From Patellaria atrata CBS 101060 (lineage: Eukaryota): a DNA stretch of 64,000 nt. Position numbers and translations under genes: made by a program. The notes beneath the pieces were generated by a model that was not told the DNA's origin, made no database searches, and worked only from the letters and a program-made list of their open reading frames with translations. Location: assembly GCA_010093705.1 (NCBI GenBank), contig MU006089.1, positions 2,963,561-3,027,560 on the forward strand, read 5' to 3'. Positions 51,044 through 64,000 of this stretch are shown piece after piece (positions within the stretch are counted from its first letter, which is position 1; the number at the start of each line of letters is the position of its first letter).

Positions 51044-54000
51044 GTTGGAAGAGTGAATGAGATGATCCGACAACTCAACCCGTACCCAGTCACCTTTCCA
51101 TACCCTACTATCCTTCACCTATATATTTCCGAAAAAATTTCCCCTCTGTCCCAAGCTCAGATATATTAATCCCATCTCGCATCTAGCCAGAAATTTGCAG
51201 CCGGCCCGCGAGGCGAGACAAGCATCGTGACATACTAATCATCATATAAAGAATTTCTCGAAAAGGGATCCCCAGTCGCCATGCCACATGGGCTCTCCAC
51301 TAAACTCCAAAACTACCGGTGACTAACAGCTTTCTCGCGGCTCTTTCAGGCAAATGCGGGGATTGTACATACTGTAGATTAAGTAGACGGTTGAAACCTG
51401 GGGAAGCGCCAAGAGTAGCGTGTATTTTGCCGGGCCAATGTAAGACAAGGGGTTCTACCAGGGTACTCCGGGAATATCTATAATGACTGGTGAATACTCC
51501 GTAGAACGTTTATATTTGACGAGTCGTATAGTTTTGTCGGGATTTTTGCAGAGGGGTGCGTTTGGTAGGCGGTAGGTTAGATTTCTGATCGATCTCTGAG
51601 CCGGAATTAGGGAGACGCTGTACGATCGTCATGCACCGGGTTATTGTGAGCATGTATCTGATGAATGTAGGTGTCAAGTGACGGAACGCCTTTTCGCATA
51701 GTACCGTGAATACTTGGCGAGTGTGGTTCGATATTTTGGACGGTCGAGTGGAAAGGCTTTGGCGGGTTCGTATCATGTATGCGGCCATCTAGAACAGTAT
51801 AAGACGACGAGAATTCCGCACTTAGCGACGAGTACGCGGTAATACTTACGATTATCAAATGAGCGTCGCATATTTGCGCATAGATGCATAGTGGTTGAAA
51901 ACTTCCAGAGTAACACGAGCGATCTAATGCGTAGTTGCATCTAGGTAAACCTAGGTAAATCGTTCTAGAAACTACTCATTGATCAATAGGACCAAAAAAC
52001 TTACTGAAACATTGCGCTCATTTGTATAAGAAGAAAAAGGTAGAGTGAGACCATAATATAGAGAAGAGATACTTAGGCTAGAAGAGCTCCACACCCCTGA
52101 ACTCTTATCGGAAATGAGAGATCGAAGGCCCCAGAACTATGCGAAAGAGAAGTTGTACGCTCGTAATTTTTACTAAACGCTATCTTCCCTCTCTCGCTAA
52201 ACGGTTTCGCTATGTGGTTCAGCTTGCTCTTATATCTATGCATTGCTCGTCGGCGGGTTGAGGAATTATAGCCTTGGGTTCCCCATATGTAATAATCAGG
52301 AACTCGGAATCACAATTACTTCTATTGTGACCGTTGTTCCGGTAACTGGTATCTGGAAGCAGGTTCAGTCCTGTAGTATGATGTATGCCCCGGTACAGTT
52401 CCGGTTTTATAGATCCATTCTAGATTCACTGACACTATACATGTATGTCGACCGGAGTTACTTGTAGGAAAGTAGACGCGATATCTTAGAGGCTAACCAG
52501 TGATCTCAACCTCTGAGATATGTCTCGCATTTTCACTTGATGCCTTCGGCCTCTTGATGGAAGGAGAGGTGTCCCGGTAGGGGGACGAACGGACGTAGTA
52601 GGTTAGGAACCAGTTTCTACAAAAGGATACTGGTAAAGAACTTAACATATACGGCCAGGTAAGAGTGAGACGGTAGCGCGGATGATTACCTATCGATCTG
52701 GTACAGTACCATCCGAACAGTTAGAATTCATCCTGATAACCATTTTTCCTAGGCCTCGCTGGTAGAAACGTAAAAAAATAAATATGTTACCTTTCCGTCT
52801 AAACGGAATCTATTTGATTGAAGCATACTGTCTTACTAAGGTTGTAGGGTGGTCTTAGGTTCTGAGTTCTCAGCGTATTCTTGCTATCAGTGCGGTGGAC
52901 GATTAAAATGAGAAAGCCAGGCAGACCTCGTGACAGTGATACAATATTCAAAGAGAACTGGATCAACAATATTTTCGAAGATAGTAGGATGAGTCGTACC
53001 TCGGCCATAGTGATCTCGATCTTCCACTTCGCACGGATATCGAGGATTTGCCACCACGACCATGTAAGCCTCTTCGCATGTATTCATCACTTTTGGAAAA
53101 CATTTACTTGCGATTTCTTCGAGTCTGATAGCGTGACCAACAATGGTAAAAGCCGTCCCATTGGTTGGCGATTTTTCAAACCTGAAGGCTTATATCCTTC
53201 CACGGTTCGCGAAATTCTCCTTTCGGACCGATCAAAGTACTCAACGAATCGACCTTGCAATAATTATGCAACTACTAGCTCTAGCTTAAGATGATAGACT
53301 CAGAACAGTATGCTGAGCATGTGCTTGCGGTTATCTGCGGAACGTTAGCAGAGCCCGGGGCAAGGGGAGAGTAGAATACCTCTATAACTGCTGCAGAAGA
53401 GGGTTAGGTCCACAACATAGAACTTGGTAGACGTTCCAACTTCAGCTTCAAGCCCATGGCGTACTTCTGAAAACGCTCCTGTGGGGCCTTGGACATGAAT
53501 ATCTCTGTGATGTTTTCACCGGTCTCCCCTCTGTGCTCCTGAACGGCGCTTCTGCACCCCTGATTGCTGTAGAATCCAATGTGATTTGCTAAATATCAGT
53601 TTAGGTGTTGTATTCCATTGCTAATCCACGACATGATGAGAACCCCACTAGATTTCAAGTTCCCGTGCCAACTCAACCGCAGAAAAGAATGCATTTCTCG
53701 CAATACATGGCGGTTTCGGTCAACTTCACGGCAGTTGCGTACTGAATCCTTCAAACGGAATCAATCCTATGTATAGAAGTGACCAGATCCACTAAGTGAT
53801 GCTATAGGGCGTTTCAAAACAAGTTCTGCACATCAGTCCCTGTGCAGAGGATATGTTGGAATCATGCAGAAGGACCAGCTCTGCAGGGAGCGTTAATAGG
53901 AGGAAACACTGAAACAAACTTGACTTTTTCCGGCTCAGTTAGATTCTTGGCCGTATATTTCGTCTATACTAAGTTGATGGAAACTCGTAATAGTAGTGTG

Positions 54001-54766
54001 AAGCTGTGACAAACCCAATGGCATTTTCCGTGGTTACTGCGTTAATGGCACATTTAACATTAGAAGAAATTGCGTCACCGGTTTAGCAAGCGCAAACGGA
54101 ATCAGTTGCTGAGAGGTCACAGTTTTTATCATTGTGTATGTCGGAGTAAATTCAAGGGGTTGCGGACGCTCCCGCGTCCTGATATCTGGATCGTATACGG
54201 CGTAGCGCGGTAAGCTGATTTCTTTTTTTCATGCCAGTTCCAGGAAAATTCTAGAAAGATAATATCCAGTAGTAGAGCTGGTGAAACATTAAGTGTCGAT
54301 CCGTCTGTAAGCTTGATAAGATTGATAATCTCCGCTCTATGTTCATACCGCTCTAGCTAGAGGAGAGAAAGGCTTACTTTTCAGCATGTAACCGTTTTGT
54401 TTCCATAGAATAATAGCGGATCACTAAGAAACCGGTATCGAATATTCACAGCAAATACGGGGTAGAATAGCCTATGGAGTATGAGCACAGTTTCTGATGC
54501 TCTCGTTCGTCGAGATAACTAACTACGGAGATGCCCCTCATACTCGCCTTCTCAACGAGAATAGCAACCTTGGGTTGACCTAGAATAGCGTCCTAGGACG
54601 ACAAGATTAAAGTTTCTTTCTATTAAGTCGATAGAGGAGGGCATGGATATGTACAACACATATAGCGTCTGGTATTTATATTATAATAAGCTAGCGTAGG
54701 AAATTTGTCACAAACCCTGTCAGCATGAGGAAAGCAAGCCAATCGATGGCAGGCATAAACCAGAGG

Positions 54767-55125
54767 GGGAGTAAGCAGCTCGAAATAGTCATCCAGGTCG
54801 TGAAATTCGATTCGTCGGGGCAACCTAATGTTCGATGCTTTATCTATTTGAGGCCAACGGCTTTTAACGCCTCATGTCTCGTGGTAGCCGGGGAGTGAGA
54901 GTGAGCCAAGTTGTCTGAGGTCAGTTGCTGTGGCTTGCAGATGCTCTCGTGCCTGCCTGCGACTTGAAGATCTGGAAACACATGGTTTTCGGAGAAGCCG
55001 TAAGTTTATAGATGAAAATGGTTGTTTTATGTTGGAGTCTGAAGACGAACCTAAGGCATCCTTTGGGTGGTAATCCTCACGGAGAAGAAGCATTGACTTT
55101 GGGACTTGAGGTGATTAGAGCTGTT
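54767..55125 (+). pseudogene. Possible decayed HET-domain gene fragment
   Basis: Interrupted frames give LEIVIQVVKFDSSGQP / FDALSI*G / LADAL / RLED / LWV..., resembling the HET consensus YxALSYxWG...NLxxAL...vWLG. Several stops and frameshifts. Confidence 0.3.
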
Positions 55126-55741
55126 TAATAAGATTACCTTCTAGCACTTATTAAAGCTTGGAAGTGTGAATGGAGCTTATAATGATTTAGATAACGTGTT
55201 TATTCAATAATAGACGGTTGATGAAAATATTTTACGCTTCACCCCGTAGAAGTATTTGGGGTTTTTCATTTGGTGCGCGTCGCAGTTTTGAATCTACTAC
55301 AGCTTATTAATGGGAAACGAGCCTAACTACATTCGGGTCAACCGTACAGTGTCTGACTGATCTTTCGTATCGACGAGAGTGAAGAGAAAGTACCTTACGG
55401 TAATCGCTTGATCCAACGGGCCGGGTCTTGTGGCTGCGACGCCAAAATGCACGTCAAGGAAAGTTTGCCCATAATAGACATACAAAACCTGTTGTAATTC
55501 ATAAAAAGAAATAAATAAAATAAAGATAAACTTTCTAACTTCGTCGCCAGCCTAGAGGGCATGTTCTGTGATTTGAGATATCGTTATTTTAGTTCACCCC
55601 ATCTCTTTGAAGCTAAGGTTGAAGAACGATGGCCCAGTCCAAAGCTGGCAAAACCCCCCGGGGGTTATCATTCTGCCTTGCATAAGTGTTTGCCCTCTTG
55701 CGACAGTCCGTGCAATCAGCTGTGGTCAGTCTAATGATCCT

Positions 55742-57675
55742 TCATAGTTCGCGCTCCTGAAGCACAATTCCGCGACCCCAGATTCTATCCACAGCTACGT
55801 CCGCTACTTGCTCTTCCTCCTCCTCTAACTTGCCTAATTTTATCTCTTCTGTCCTAACGACCAATTCACCAGATGGCCAGTGTGGGCGCATAACGCAACC
55901 CATGCGAATGCGCTCCTCCGCAAGGACGACCCTGGTTTGCACTATTCTCACACGATACCTTTCTTCTATGTCTGCTGCCGACCACCAAATCATCATTTCG
56001 CTGCTGTCGTGAGGGGTATGTGACAAGAGCCTAACCCCTTCCTCTTCTATACGGACGACATTCTCGCCCACACGTGCCGCAGCGAGGGATTCCCACACGC
56101 CCTCCCGGCGCCCGCTGTTCCTAAGAAGCCGTATGGCCTGCCTTCGGAGCTGAGGATCTCTGCATTTGATCGTTGTTAAAAATAGAGGAATGATCGGGCC
56201 AGTATCGAAAGTCAACGCAGTACCGAATTGAGGCCGAGGTAAAGTCGATGCCAGATCTATGATTTGGCAGAATGTAGGTATCTGCGCGTCCCAATCTCTC
56301 TCTGTGCCGTTCAGTGTTCCCCTGACTATTGTGTGTCCTGTAAGTGCTAACATACGGAGTATTGTGGCGCCATGAGGATTGAATATCGACGGTTGCGCGG
56401 GTAAGCTACTAGACGAGCTACTACTAGCTTCTACCAATGTCCTAGAAGATGTCCGCGAGTGCAAATCCATAAACATACTGAATCGGGAGGACCAGTCGTC
56501 GAGATTTCGCTCGCATTGCTTTTGAAGGGCCAATAATCGTGAAAGATCACTAGCTCCTGTACCTAACACAGCCTCCAAATCGATTTGTGCATTATTCTCT
56601 AAAACCTTCTCTTGCGCTGCGGCTGTCCACATGATCCACCTTAAGTTTGATACTAGAACATCTCTAGCACTCTGGAGGTCCTCAAACCTTTCTGGTATAG
56701 GTGGAGGGGCGGCAGTACTAGGATACAGAGGTCTGGATAGCTCAGTATATTCGTAAGGGGACTGGTCGTCTGAGAAGGTCATCGCTTGAAAGTCTAGTCG
56801 GCCGAGTATCAGACAGAATATCCCAAGTGGATCTTGCTCTTGATCTTTAGTCTTCCTAGACTGTAAATGATTCAGCAAGATACGTTGACCGTTTTTCAGA
56901 TGCATCTTAGCGACCGCATAGTTTCCCGCAAGATTCTCGTAGCAAATGAAAAGAACACATGCGATCAGAATCTTGGATAAATGGCTGGGTCCGCTCTCGG
57001 GGCTCATCATCAGCTGATTGGAATGCTGAACAGCTTGAGCGTACTGGACGAAAGCAAAATCTTTCTCATCGCAAGGACTATAGAGAGAGGGTTCACGCTC
57101 ATATCTCTCGTGCAAAGCACTGATAGCCAAAATACCGTGCTTTATCGCAGGTTCCGAATGACACAATTGAAGAACCCACTGAGACCAAAGTTCGGAATGG
57201 AAAAACTCAGTTGCAGACGGCATGGTTCTTGTACGGAAGAAGTCAAGAGAACGAAGCTCCAACGGATGGTCAAATCCAATCTGACTGGTCGGGCGGTGAA
57301 GAGTGGCGGATGTCGACGGGACGATAGGTCGAAATGATCCATCCCGAGGTCGAGTGACTGCACTTGGTTCGGGACTCCTAGGTTTGCGTGGCAAAGGGCC
57401 ATCTATGTAACCTTCACAGACTCGTCCAGTGCTAGTGCATTTTAGACCTTGAAGCTGATTAGACTCAAGCACACGAAGGAGTTGCTGATAGTGAGACTAA
57501 CAACTTGGTTTTGCCTCATCACATTTGATGCGGCGAATTCTGATTGTTCATGTCAGAAAGACTAACATATCGAAGGAAGGAGATATTACCTGCAAGTGAC
57601 ACAACCTGTTCTGACTCTGATCTTAAAACGACGGTCCAGCTCAGCTAGAATATTTGATTCCCTTTCGTTTGACAT
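55742..57675 (-). CDS. Zn(II)2Cys6 fungal transcription factor
   Basis: Exons 57675-57590, 57539-57502, 57447-55742 give [36 protein letters not shown]. Middle region EPAIKHGILAISALHE, IIPLFLTTIKCRDPQLRRQAIRLL..RREGVWES. Confidence 0.93.
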
Positions 57676-58984
57676 GTTGATTCTTGACTCATCCTTTCCG
57701 TAGTCCTCGTCTGCCTTTTATCTAGCGGTAGTAGGCGAACATGTAGTGGATGTCCAGAATATAGAAATCATCCAGATAAGCGATGCAGCATTAACCTACC
57801 AGTCTGAGTATCACCATCATTCCATCAAACCACCAGGCCCCAGTTCTGACTGTGTGGCGGACCACGAGGTGACTCCTATACGGGATCCCGCACGGCTAAC
57901 GGAAGGATTGCGGCTTGTTGGTGCCATGATGGGTAGTGGTTGTCAAAGGATAGTAACAAGGGAAGTAGTTGACGAAAAGACCTTGGATCGAACGGGTATT
58001 CGTTCATCGTCATCAGGGATGTTCGGTTAGGATGGGGAGAGGTGAGAAGAAGAACTTATGCAGGGGGGCTGAGTGGAGGCAATGAGGAATCCCGTAGATG
58101 TGACTGATTAGTTCTGACTTTGCTATATTAGAACTAGTCCTTCCGTACGTCAGAACAGTAAACTGTCAGTGCGCAAACGCCATACATAATCTTTGTAAAG
58201 CTGCAACTGTTCAACAAACCAGTTCAGGTTATTGATTCCAAGAGCAACTAACACCACCCTATCAACATCAGAATAGATATAAATGGAATTTCTGGATTTA
58301 TCAAACTGCATAATCAAAACTGACGGAAGTAGAGAGAGTATACCTTGGCCTTAGTGGTAGATATTGCCAAAGCCGCAAGTTATATTTATGTCGACTGCTG
58401 ATATGAATGCTGAGCCTGAGACCAGAAAGTAATTAACCGTCCTAATTCGGCAATCTGATGTAACGTATTATGCTATCTCTCCAGAGAACTATTCCTAAAG
58501 GATGGAGCAATGGCACGAAACGGTCAATGTCTTCAGCCTTATGCGTGAAGTATAGCATATAGCCATAGCCGAATGCAACAACAGTTTATTAATCCCTTGA
58601 TCTACACCACTTAGGTTTGCCAGTTCCCCATGTAGGCCCCCATTCCCTATAATCAACCTTGGGAAACATGATACCGTTTCAGCCCAGCCACATGGGAAGT
58701 ACGCCTCAATGTAGAATGCATAAACACTGCTACTGACGGCTATGTGTTATCGTATCTCTATCCAGTCTGTCATTGGTTAGAATGGGCCAAGTGACCTAGA
58801 ACAGGCGAAGTAAGTGACCCATATACTCATTCTAGGTTTCACTGACGCTTAACAGATTCACCAGATGAGTTCAAGTTCCAACAGTTTAAAGAAATCCCGT
58901 AAAGCTTGTTTACGCCGAAACTTCAGGTCAACGCCTTCACCTGATCCTCCCATGAGTCTGGTTGCTCCCGGCCCGTGGGGAACA

Positions 58985-61860
58985 TCACGGTGGAGAAGAA
59001 TCGACCACCTTGTTCGTCTCAGCTTCTTCCTCTACTATTGTGTCAATCGGAGGATTGGTATCATCGCTCGCAGACACCGACTGGCTGGAGGATTGATTCG
59101 AACCTTCCGTACCACTCATTTCACGACTAAGCTCTACTAAATGACTTTCATCGCCACGGTCGGCTATTAGAGCTTTGCTGTCATATGGTTCGGGTAAATT
59201 GTCGATCTTGACACGTGTCTTTGTCGAAAGCTGTTTCGACCATAGGTCGGAGTATTTGCCATCTGAGTTGAGTAATTCATTATGAGTTCCCCTTTCCACG
59301 ATTTCGCCATTTTCCACAACAAGAATCAGATCAGCATACATGATAGTTGACAGCCTGTGTGCGATAACAAATGTTGTTCTGCCTTTACTCAACTCTTTGA
59401 ATGCGTTTTGAATTTCATTTTCGGTTGCGGAATCCACAGCGGATGTTGCTTCGTCTAATATAAGAACCCGTGGCTGTTTAAGTATCACTCGCGCAATAGA
59501 AACCCTTTGGAGCTCACCACCCGATAGTTTGACGCCTCTTTCCCCTACCTTCGATCGGTATCCGTCCGGAAATGATAAGATCTTGTTATGAATAGCCGCT
59601 GCTTTACAAGCTTCAAACACCTCCTCATCCGTCGCTTCAAGACGAGCATAACGAATATTTTCCATAATGGACATGTTGAAAAGAGATGGATCCTGAGGAA
59701 CTACACCTATGACGTTTCTTAAGCTGCTTTGGGTGATATCCCGAATGTCTTGCCCATCTATGGTGATTCTTCCTCGTTTGACGTCATAGAACCGGAGTAG
59801 GAGCTTCAGGGTCGTTGATTTGCCGCCTCCCGTTTCTCCCACAAATGCGATGGTCTTGCCTGAGGGCGCGTCGATATTGATATTCTTCAAGGTCTGTTTC
59901 CGCTCGTCGTATGAAAAGTCCACATCCTCGAACTTCACGTGTCCTCCGGTGACATCGATGTCTCGAGCAGTGGGTTTGTCTGCAGTACTACTTTTAGTAT
60001 TAAATAGCTGAAGAAGACGCTCTGCTGAAATTAGATTCCTGGAGACTAGATTGAATGAATTGGCTAGGTTCGACAGAGGTCCTGTCAAAGACCCCCAAAA
60101 TGTAACCAGCGCCACGAAGCTTCCGATTGGTTTGTCCGCAATGGAGACGCGGTAGATTGCGAGTAAAGTTGCAGATACTAAGCCTAGCATTATGATGAAG
60201 AATTGAATGGCCATAGAGAGGAGGAAACGATCTCGGTATCTGAGCGACGCATTACATTCCTTTTCCGCGGCGTCCACTAAACGATCTTCCTGATACTGTG
60301 CTCGGTTAAAATATGCCACAGTCTGCCAGTTATTCACTGGTTCTGTTTGGAGTACATATACATCCCTCCCAATTTTGTGGTATTTCCTTCGTAATGGAAT
60401 CATTGATGTGGTGAACTTGATGCCAACCCAGACATACGCTATGCTAATCGTAATGACGATATATGCAACGTATATATCAAATAGGTATGTGAGATAACCT
60501 ACTGCCAAAACAAGATCCACTAACATTGGTAGTATGGTGAAAAGAGCAAGATCGACGAGTCCGTTCAGCGCGTAACCTTGGGTAATAGCTTTCATAAGTT
60601 CTCCAGAATTCTTGTTTACGTGGAAATCCATAGAGAGCCCCATGACATGTGCGAAAGAAGCTTTTTGGATCTGTTTATAGGAAAATTGTGCAACCCGAGC
60701 TTCGCAATAGCTATTGACAAGTAATATCCCCGCATAAGAGTCTAGGTATCTGAATAAAATCCAAACCCCCAATTCGGCCCACGGTATTTTACCTTGTCAG
60801 GTCAGTAATATTCAGATCTGAGGAGCCAACAAACTTACCGGTCCCGGAAAGCTCTGCGAGCGTGTTTGTAAGTTTTCCATATGCATGAGGGACAAGGACG
60901 TTGAGACCTCGTTCAATTAAGAGACATACTCCGATTACACCGTACTGCATCTGCACTTTTCTATCTTTGAAAGGCCAGATGTAGGGTAGGAAAACCAGAA
61001 AATCCTTAATATAACCTAGCCAACCACCTCGTTGCTCAAGCCTCTGACGTTGCCGTTGTTTAACATCTTTTTCTGGGTCTTCGTCTTCTTCCTCGCCTTC
61101 TTCTTCTCCGCCTTCTTCTTCTCCATCCCCGACCACAGTAGTGCTGCATGAATTATCGGGTGTCCTTGGGTCGACTCCAGCTGAAATAAGTGGTTGACGT
61201 TCCTCATCAACGTTGTCAGAAGACTTCTTTATTTGCCAAAAAATTGCTACGCCTGCAACAGATAGCATCGTAAGAACCGACAAGCGGCTCACGGTTATGA
61301 CGAGGATACTATATCTAATATTGAGAGGGGTTTTCGGACTCGGCCCTGCTGTTGAAAATATCACAATCTCGCTGATAAAGCCAAGTACCCACACGCCTAC
61401 ATAACTGTTCCAAGAAGGAGTGGATGTATCAAAGAAGCTCATGCATGTGCATCCCCAGATCAGAGCCGAGAAATATACGTGAGTCTATATCAACCATTAG
61501 TCAATGGGAAGTATGATGATTTTGGTGATCGCTTGGCTTACAACTTCATCCTTTGCGATTGAATAATGCCTCGATGACCAGACTTGGTAGGTAAGAAGAA
61601 ATCCGTCCGCAACCTGTGGAGTCATTAGCACTTCGCCCATCTCCTACACTTCCGTCGAACAGGGGACTAACATAGCTACAGAAGACTGCTAGAATGCACC
61701 ATAGGAAGAATCTGTAAGTGATCTTTTTGCTTGGCCTCTTGTCCTCCTCCCTAAGGGTAACCAAGTTGAAAACATAAGAAAATATGAAATAAGCAATGGA
61801 GAGAAATGGTCCTGCATAATTGAAAGCTTTCAAGGTTGCCGTAGAAGTAGAATTGACCAT
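58985..61860 (-). CDS. Half-size ABCB transporter, Hmt1/ABCB6-like heavy-metal tolerance type
   Basis: Exons 61860-61672, 61613-61542, 61484-60839, 60792-58985. Extra N-terminal transmembrane domain, FLPYIWP, LSMDFH, Walker A GETGGGKS, signature LSGGELQR, Walker B ILDEATS, IAHRLST. Confidence 0.92.
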
Positions 61861-63146
61861 TGTGCTCTTACCGCGCACACTTTAGGATACCGTATGTGAT
61901 GCTAAATGCGTGGCCAAAGTAGTTTCAGGAATAAGATGCTGAAAGTGAGAGGGCGGGAGAGGAGCTCATTCAATTGAAAGGAAAAATTTCGTTCGTAGCA
62001 GTGATTCAAATTTTGTTCTTCTTGATAGGCAGCCGTTGCTAATTTTGATATAGGAATCGTGGACTTCCCTCATTAGCTCATGATAGTGAAACCGGGATAA
62101 TCGGTAAGGACAGCGCACCGCAGTGAGGTGGAGCTGACCGCAATGGAGGCTGTTAGATTGTGAATCTTACCAGGTACATTTCAGATTACCTTATTAGTAC
62201 TCAAAATTTCCGTTAGTGAGGTGTGGCACAGTTAATCGGAACCTGAACCTGGAAGATAGTTCTAAAGCCATTCTCTAGCCGCACCCCAACCCCTGTTCAA
62301 AGGTTAAAGGGATGTCTTTTTTGTACGTGATGTCCTTTCATTCACCGCCCCGCTTGCGACCGTAAGGTAGGTACCGATCACGAACCTCAAGAGAATATTA
62401 CAACTACGGCCGTATTAGTACCGAACATTAAATTTGTCGTGATATCTCGGGATTCCATGCTACGGATGATTGCCGTGGCCATTTTGTCGCATGAAACTCT
62501 CTGTCACATCTCGTAGTTCCACGTGCCAAGTACCAAACGATGGATTAAACCTACAATTAGAACATGGGATAGAGAATCAAACGGTACTGTACTGTACATC
62601 GATATTTCTGTTCTAGAGTCAACACAAGAGTAGTAGTTCTACAACAGACCATCGTGATCCGTCGCTAGACCGCAGCTCCTCCGCTACATCATAGTTGAAA
62701 GATAGACGACGACGAGAGGGTATTGTACGGCCCTGCGACTTGATGACATTGGTTAAGGCAACAGTTTCGCGCTAGGGTACGCGTAAGATAAATCCTCAGG
62801 CTCACCGGTCGTGAGCTGAAGGAATAAGGTAGGAGCGACGGTATTTCCCAGTTGACGAACAAAGAAAGGGCTACCTAGGTGTAACATATCAGCAACTGAA
62901 AAATTGGGATGAAGTTGAAGAGTGGTTACACCCACCAGACCGGTTTGAGGTTGTGACGAAATCGTCTGCGATACCCCTGAAACAGTTTGCGGGCATGGCG
63001 GGGTAGCTTCAACACATATATTTCAGGGGTAGGACGGACCTGCCGTAACTGGATTTTCAGACTTTCTAACACCGAAAATCACAACTTGAACTTCTACATA
63101 TCTAAGATACATCTAACAACTTGGGTTCTTAAAAGGACTAGTAACT

Positions 63147-64000
63147 ATGAAAGTTCCTACAGCTACATCTCTCGGGCACATATACCCCGAAGATGCCTTG
63201 CAAACGCAACAGAAGCGTTTGGATGATTTACTTGCCTCATTCAAATCTATCTATGGCCGACCTGCCAACTTCGTATCGCGAAGCCCAGGAAGGGTGAATA
63301 TTATCGGCGAAGTCTGTCTCAAATCGTGTATTCTAAATGCTTAGTCTTTGGGGCTGGCTAACGCCGGAATGTGGGTACAGCACATCGATTATTCACTTTA
63401 CGAAGTTCTACCTATGGCGGTCACGCAAGATATTCTTATTGCCGTCGCTGAAAACCCCGAAAGTCGGAACCTTCGAGTGGCGAACGTTTATAGTGAGAAG
63501 TTCTCCTCACGAGAGTTCGAAGTCCCCACCGAAGGTGAAATCGAAATTGATGCTTCGTCCTTAGAATGGACGAATTACTTCAAAGCGGGCTTTCGTGGTG
63601 CATCAAAGCTCCTGCAAAGAAAACGAAACTCCTTCGTCTCAGTAGGAATGGACATCTTGGTTCATGGAAATGTCCCCAGTGGAGGTGGGATGTCAAGCAG
63701 CGCGGCCTTTGTTTGTGCTAGCACACTTGCCGTTTTAAGAGCAAACGGAGAGGATGCAATCAATAAGAAAGAGCTTGTAGAGCTAGCAATCGTATCCGAA
63801 AGGTCTGTAGGAGTAAATTCAGGAGGGTATGTATATGATTCTATGTAACTCTGCATACTTCGCTCACGGACCGCAGGATGGATCAATCAGCATCGGTGTT
63901 TCCACTTAGAGGAAGTGCTATATACGTCTCTTTCAAACCAGAACTATCTGTTAAGTCTGTTCAATTTCCAGAGACTAAACCTGAATTGACTTTTGTAGTC
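63147..64000 (+). CDS. GAL1: Galactokinase (GHMP kinase), 3'-truncated by window end
   Basis: Exons 63147-63311, 63381-63826, 63877-end. RSPGRVNIIGEHIDY, WTNYF, PSGGGMSSSAA, ERSVGVNSGGMDQSAS. The exact start is uncertain. Confidence 0.94.

Noticed and set aside
55651..55668. AACCCCCCGGGGGTT palindrome downstream of the transcription factor gene
   Set aside because: Isolated low-complexity inverted repeat with no partner terminal repeat or target-site duplication.

Overview
Eukaryotic DNA from a filamentous ascomycete (short GT-AG introns with CTRAC/CTAAY branch points; Eurotiomycete-like proteins, which is an inference), with one 810-N assembly gap at 8103-8912. About 21 protein-coding genes were reconstructed by hand: a 5'-truncated conserved protein, a HAD hydrolase, a conserved hypothetical protein, phosphoglucomutase, a fungal AAA+ ATPase (cut by the gap), Nst1, Rho2, mitoribosomal mL40, Cox16, Tad2, Med17, Isn1, a pseudokinase, TOR kinase, a Mae1-type dicarboxylate transporter, phosphofructokinase, a low-complexity protein, Etr1, a secreted GMC oxidoreductase, a Zn2Cys6 transcription factor, an Hmt1-like half ABC transporter and a 3'-truncated galactokinase. 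There is also an intron-containing tRNA-His(GTG). Most of the window is ordinary housekeeping DNA, and I cannot demonstrate a clearly new system. The best leads are: a hairpin-rich, possibly switch-like 308-nt intron in TAD2; a cryptic bZIP motif split across two reading frames; a catalytically dead kinase head-to-head with TOR; a GC-AG intron; a likely unannotated 66-aa protein; a decayed HET-like relic in a ~4.6-kb gene desert; and a candidate spliced transcript antisense to the ABC transporter.
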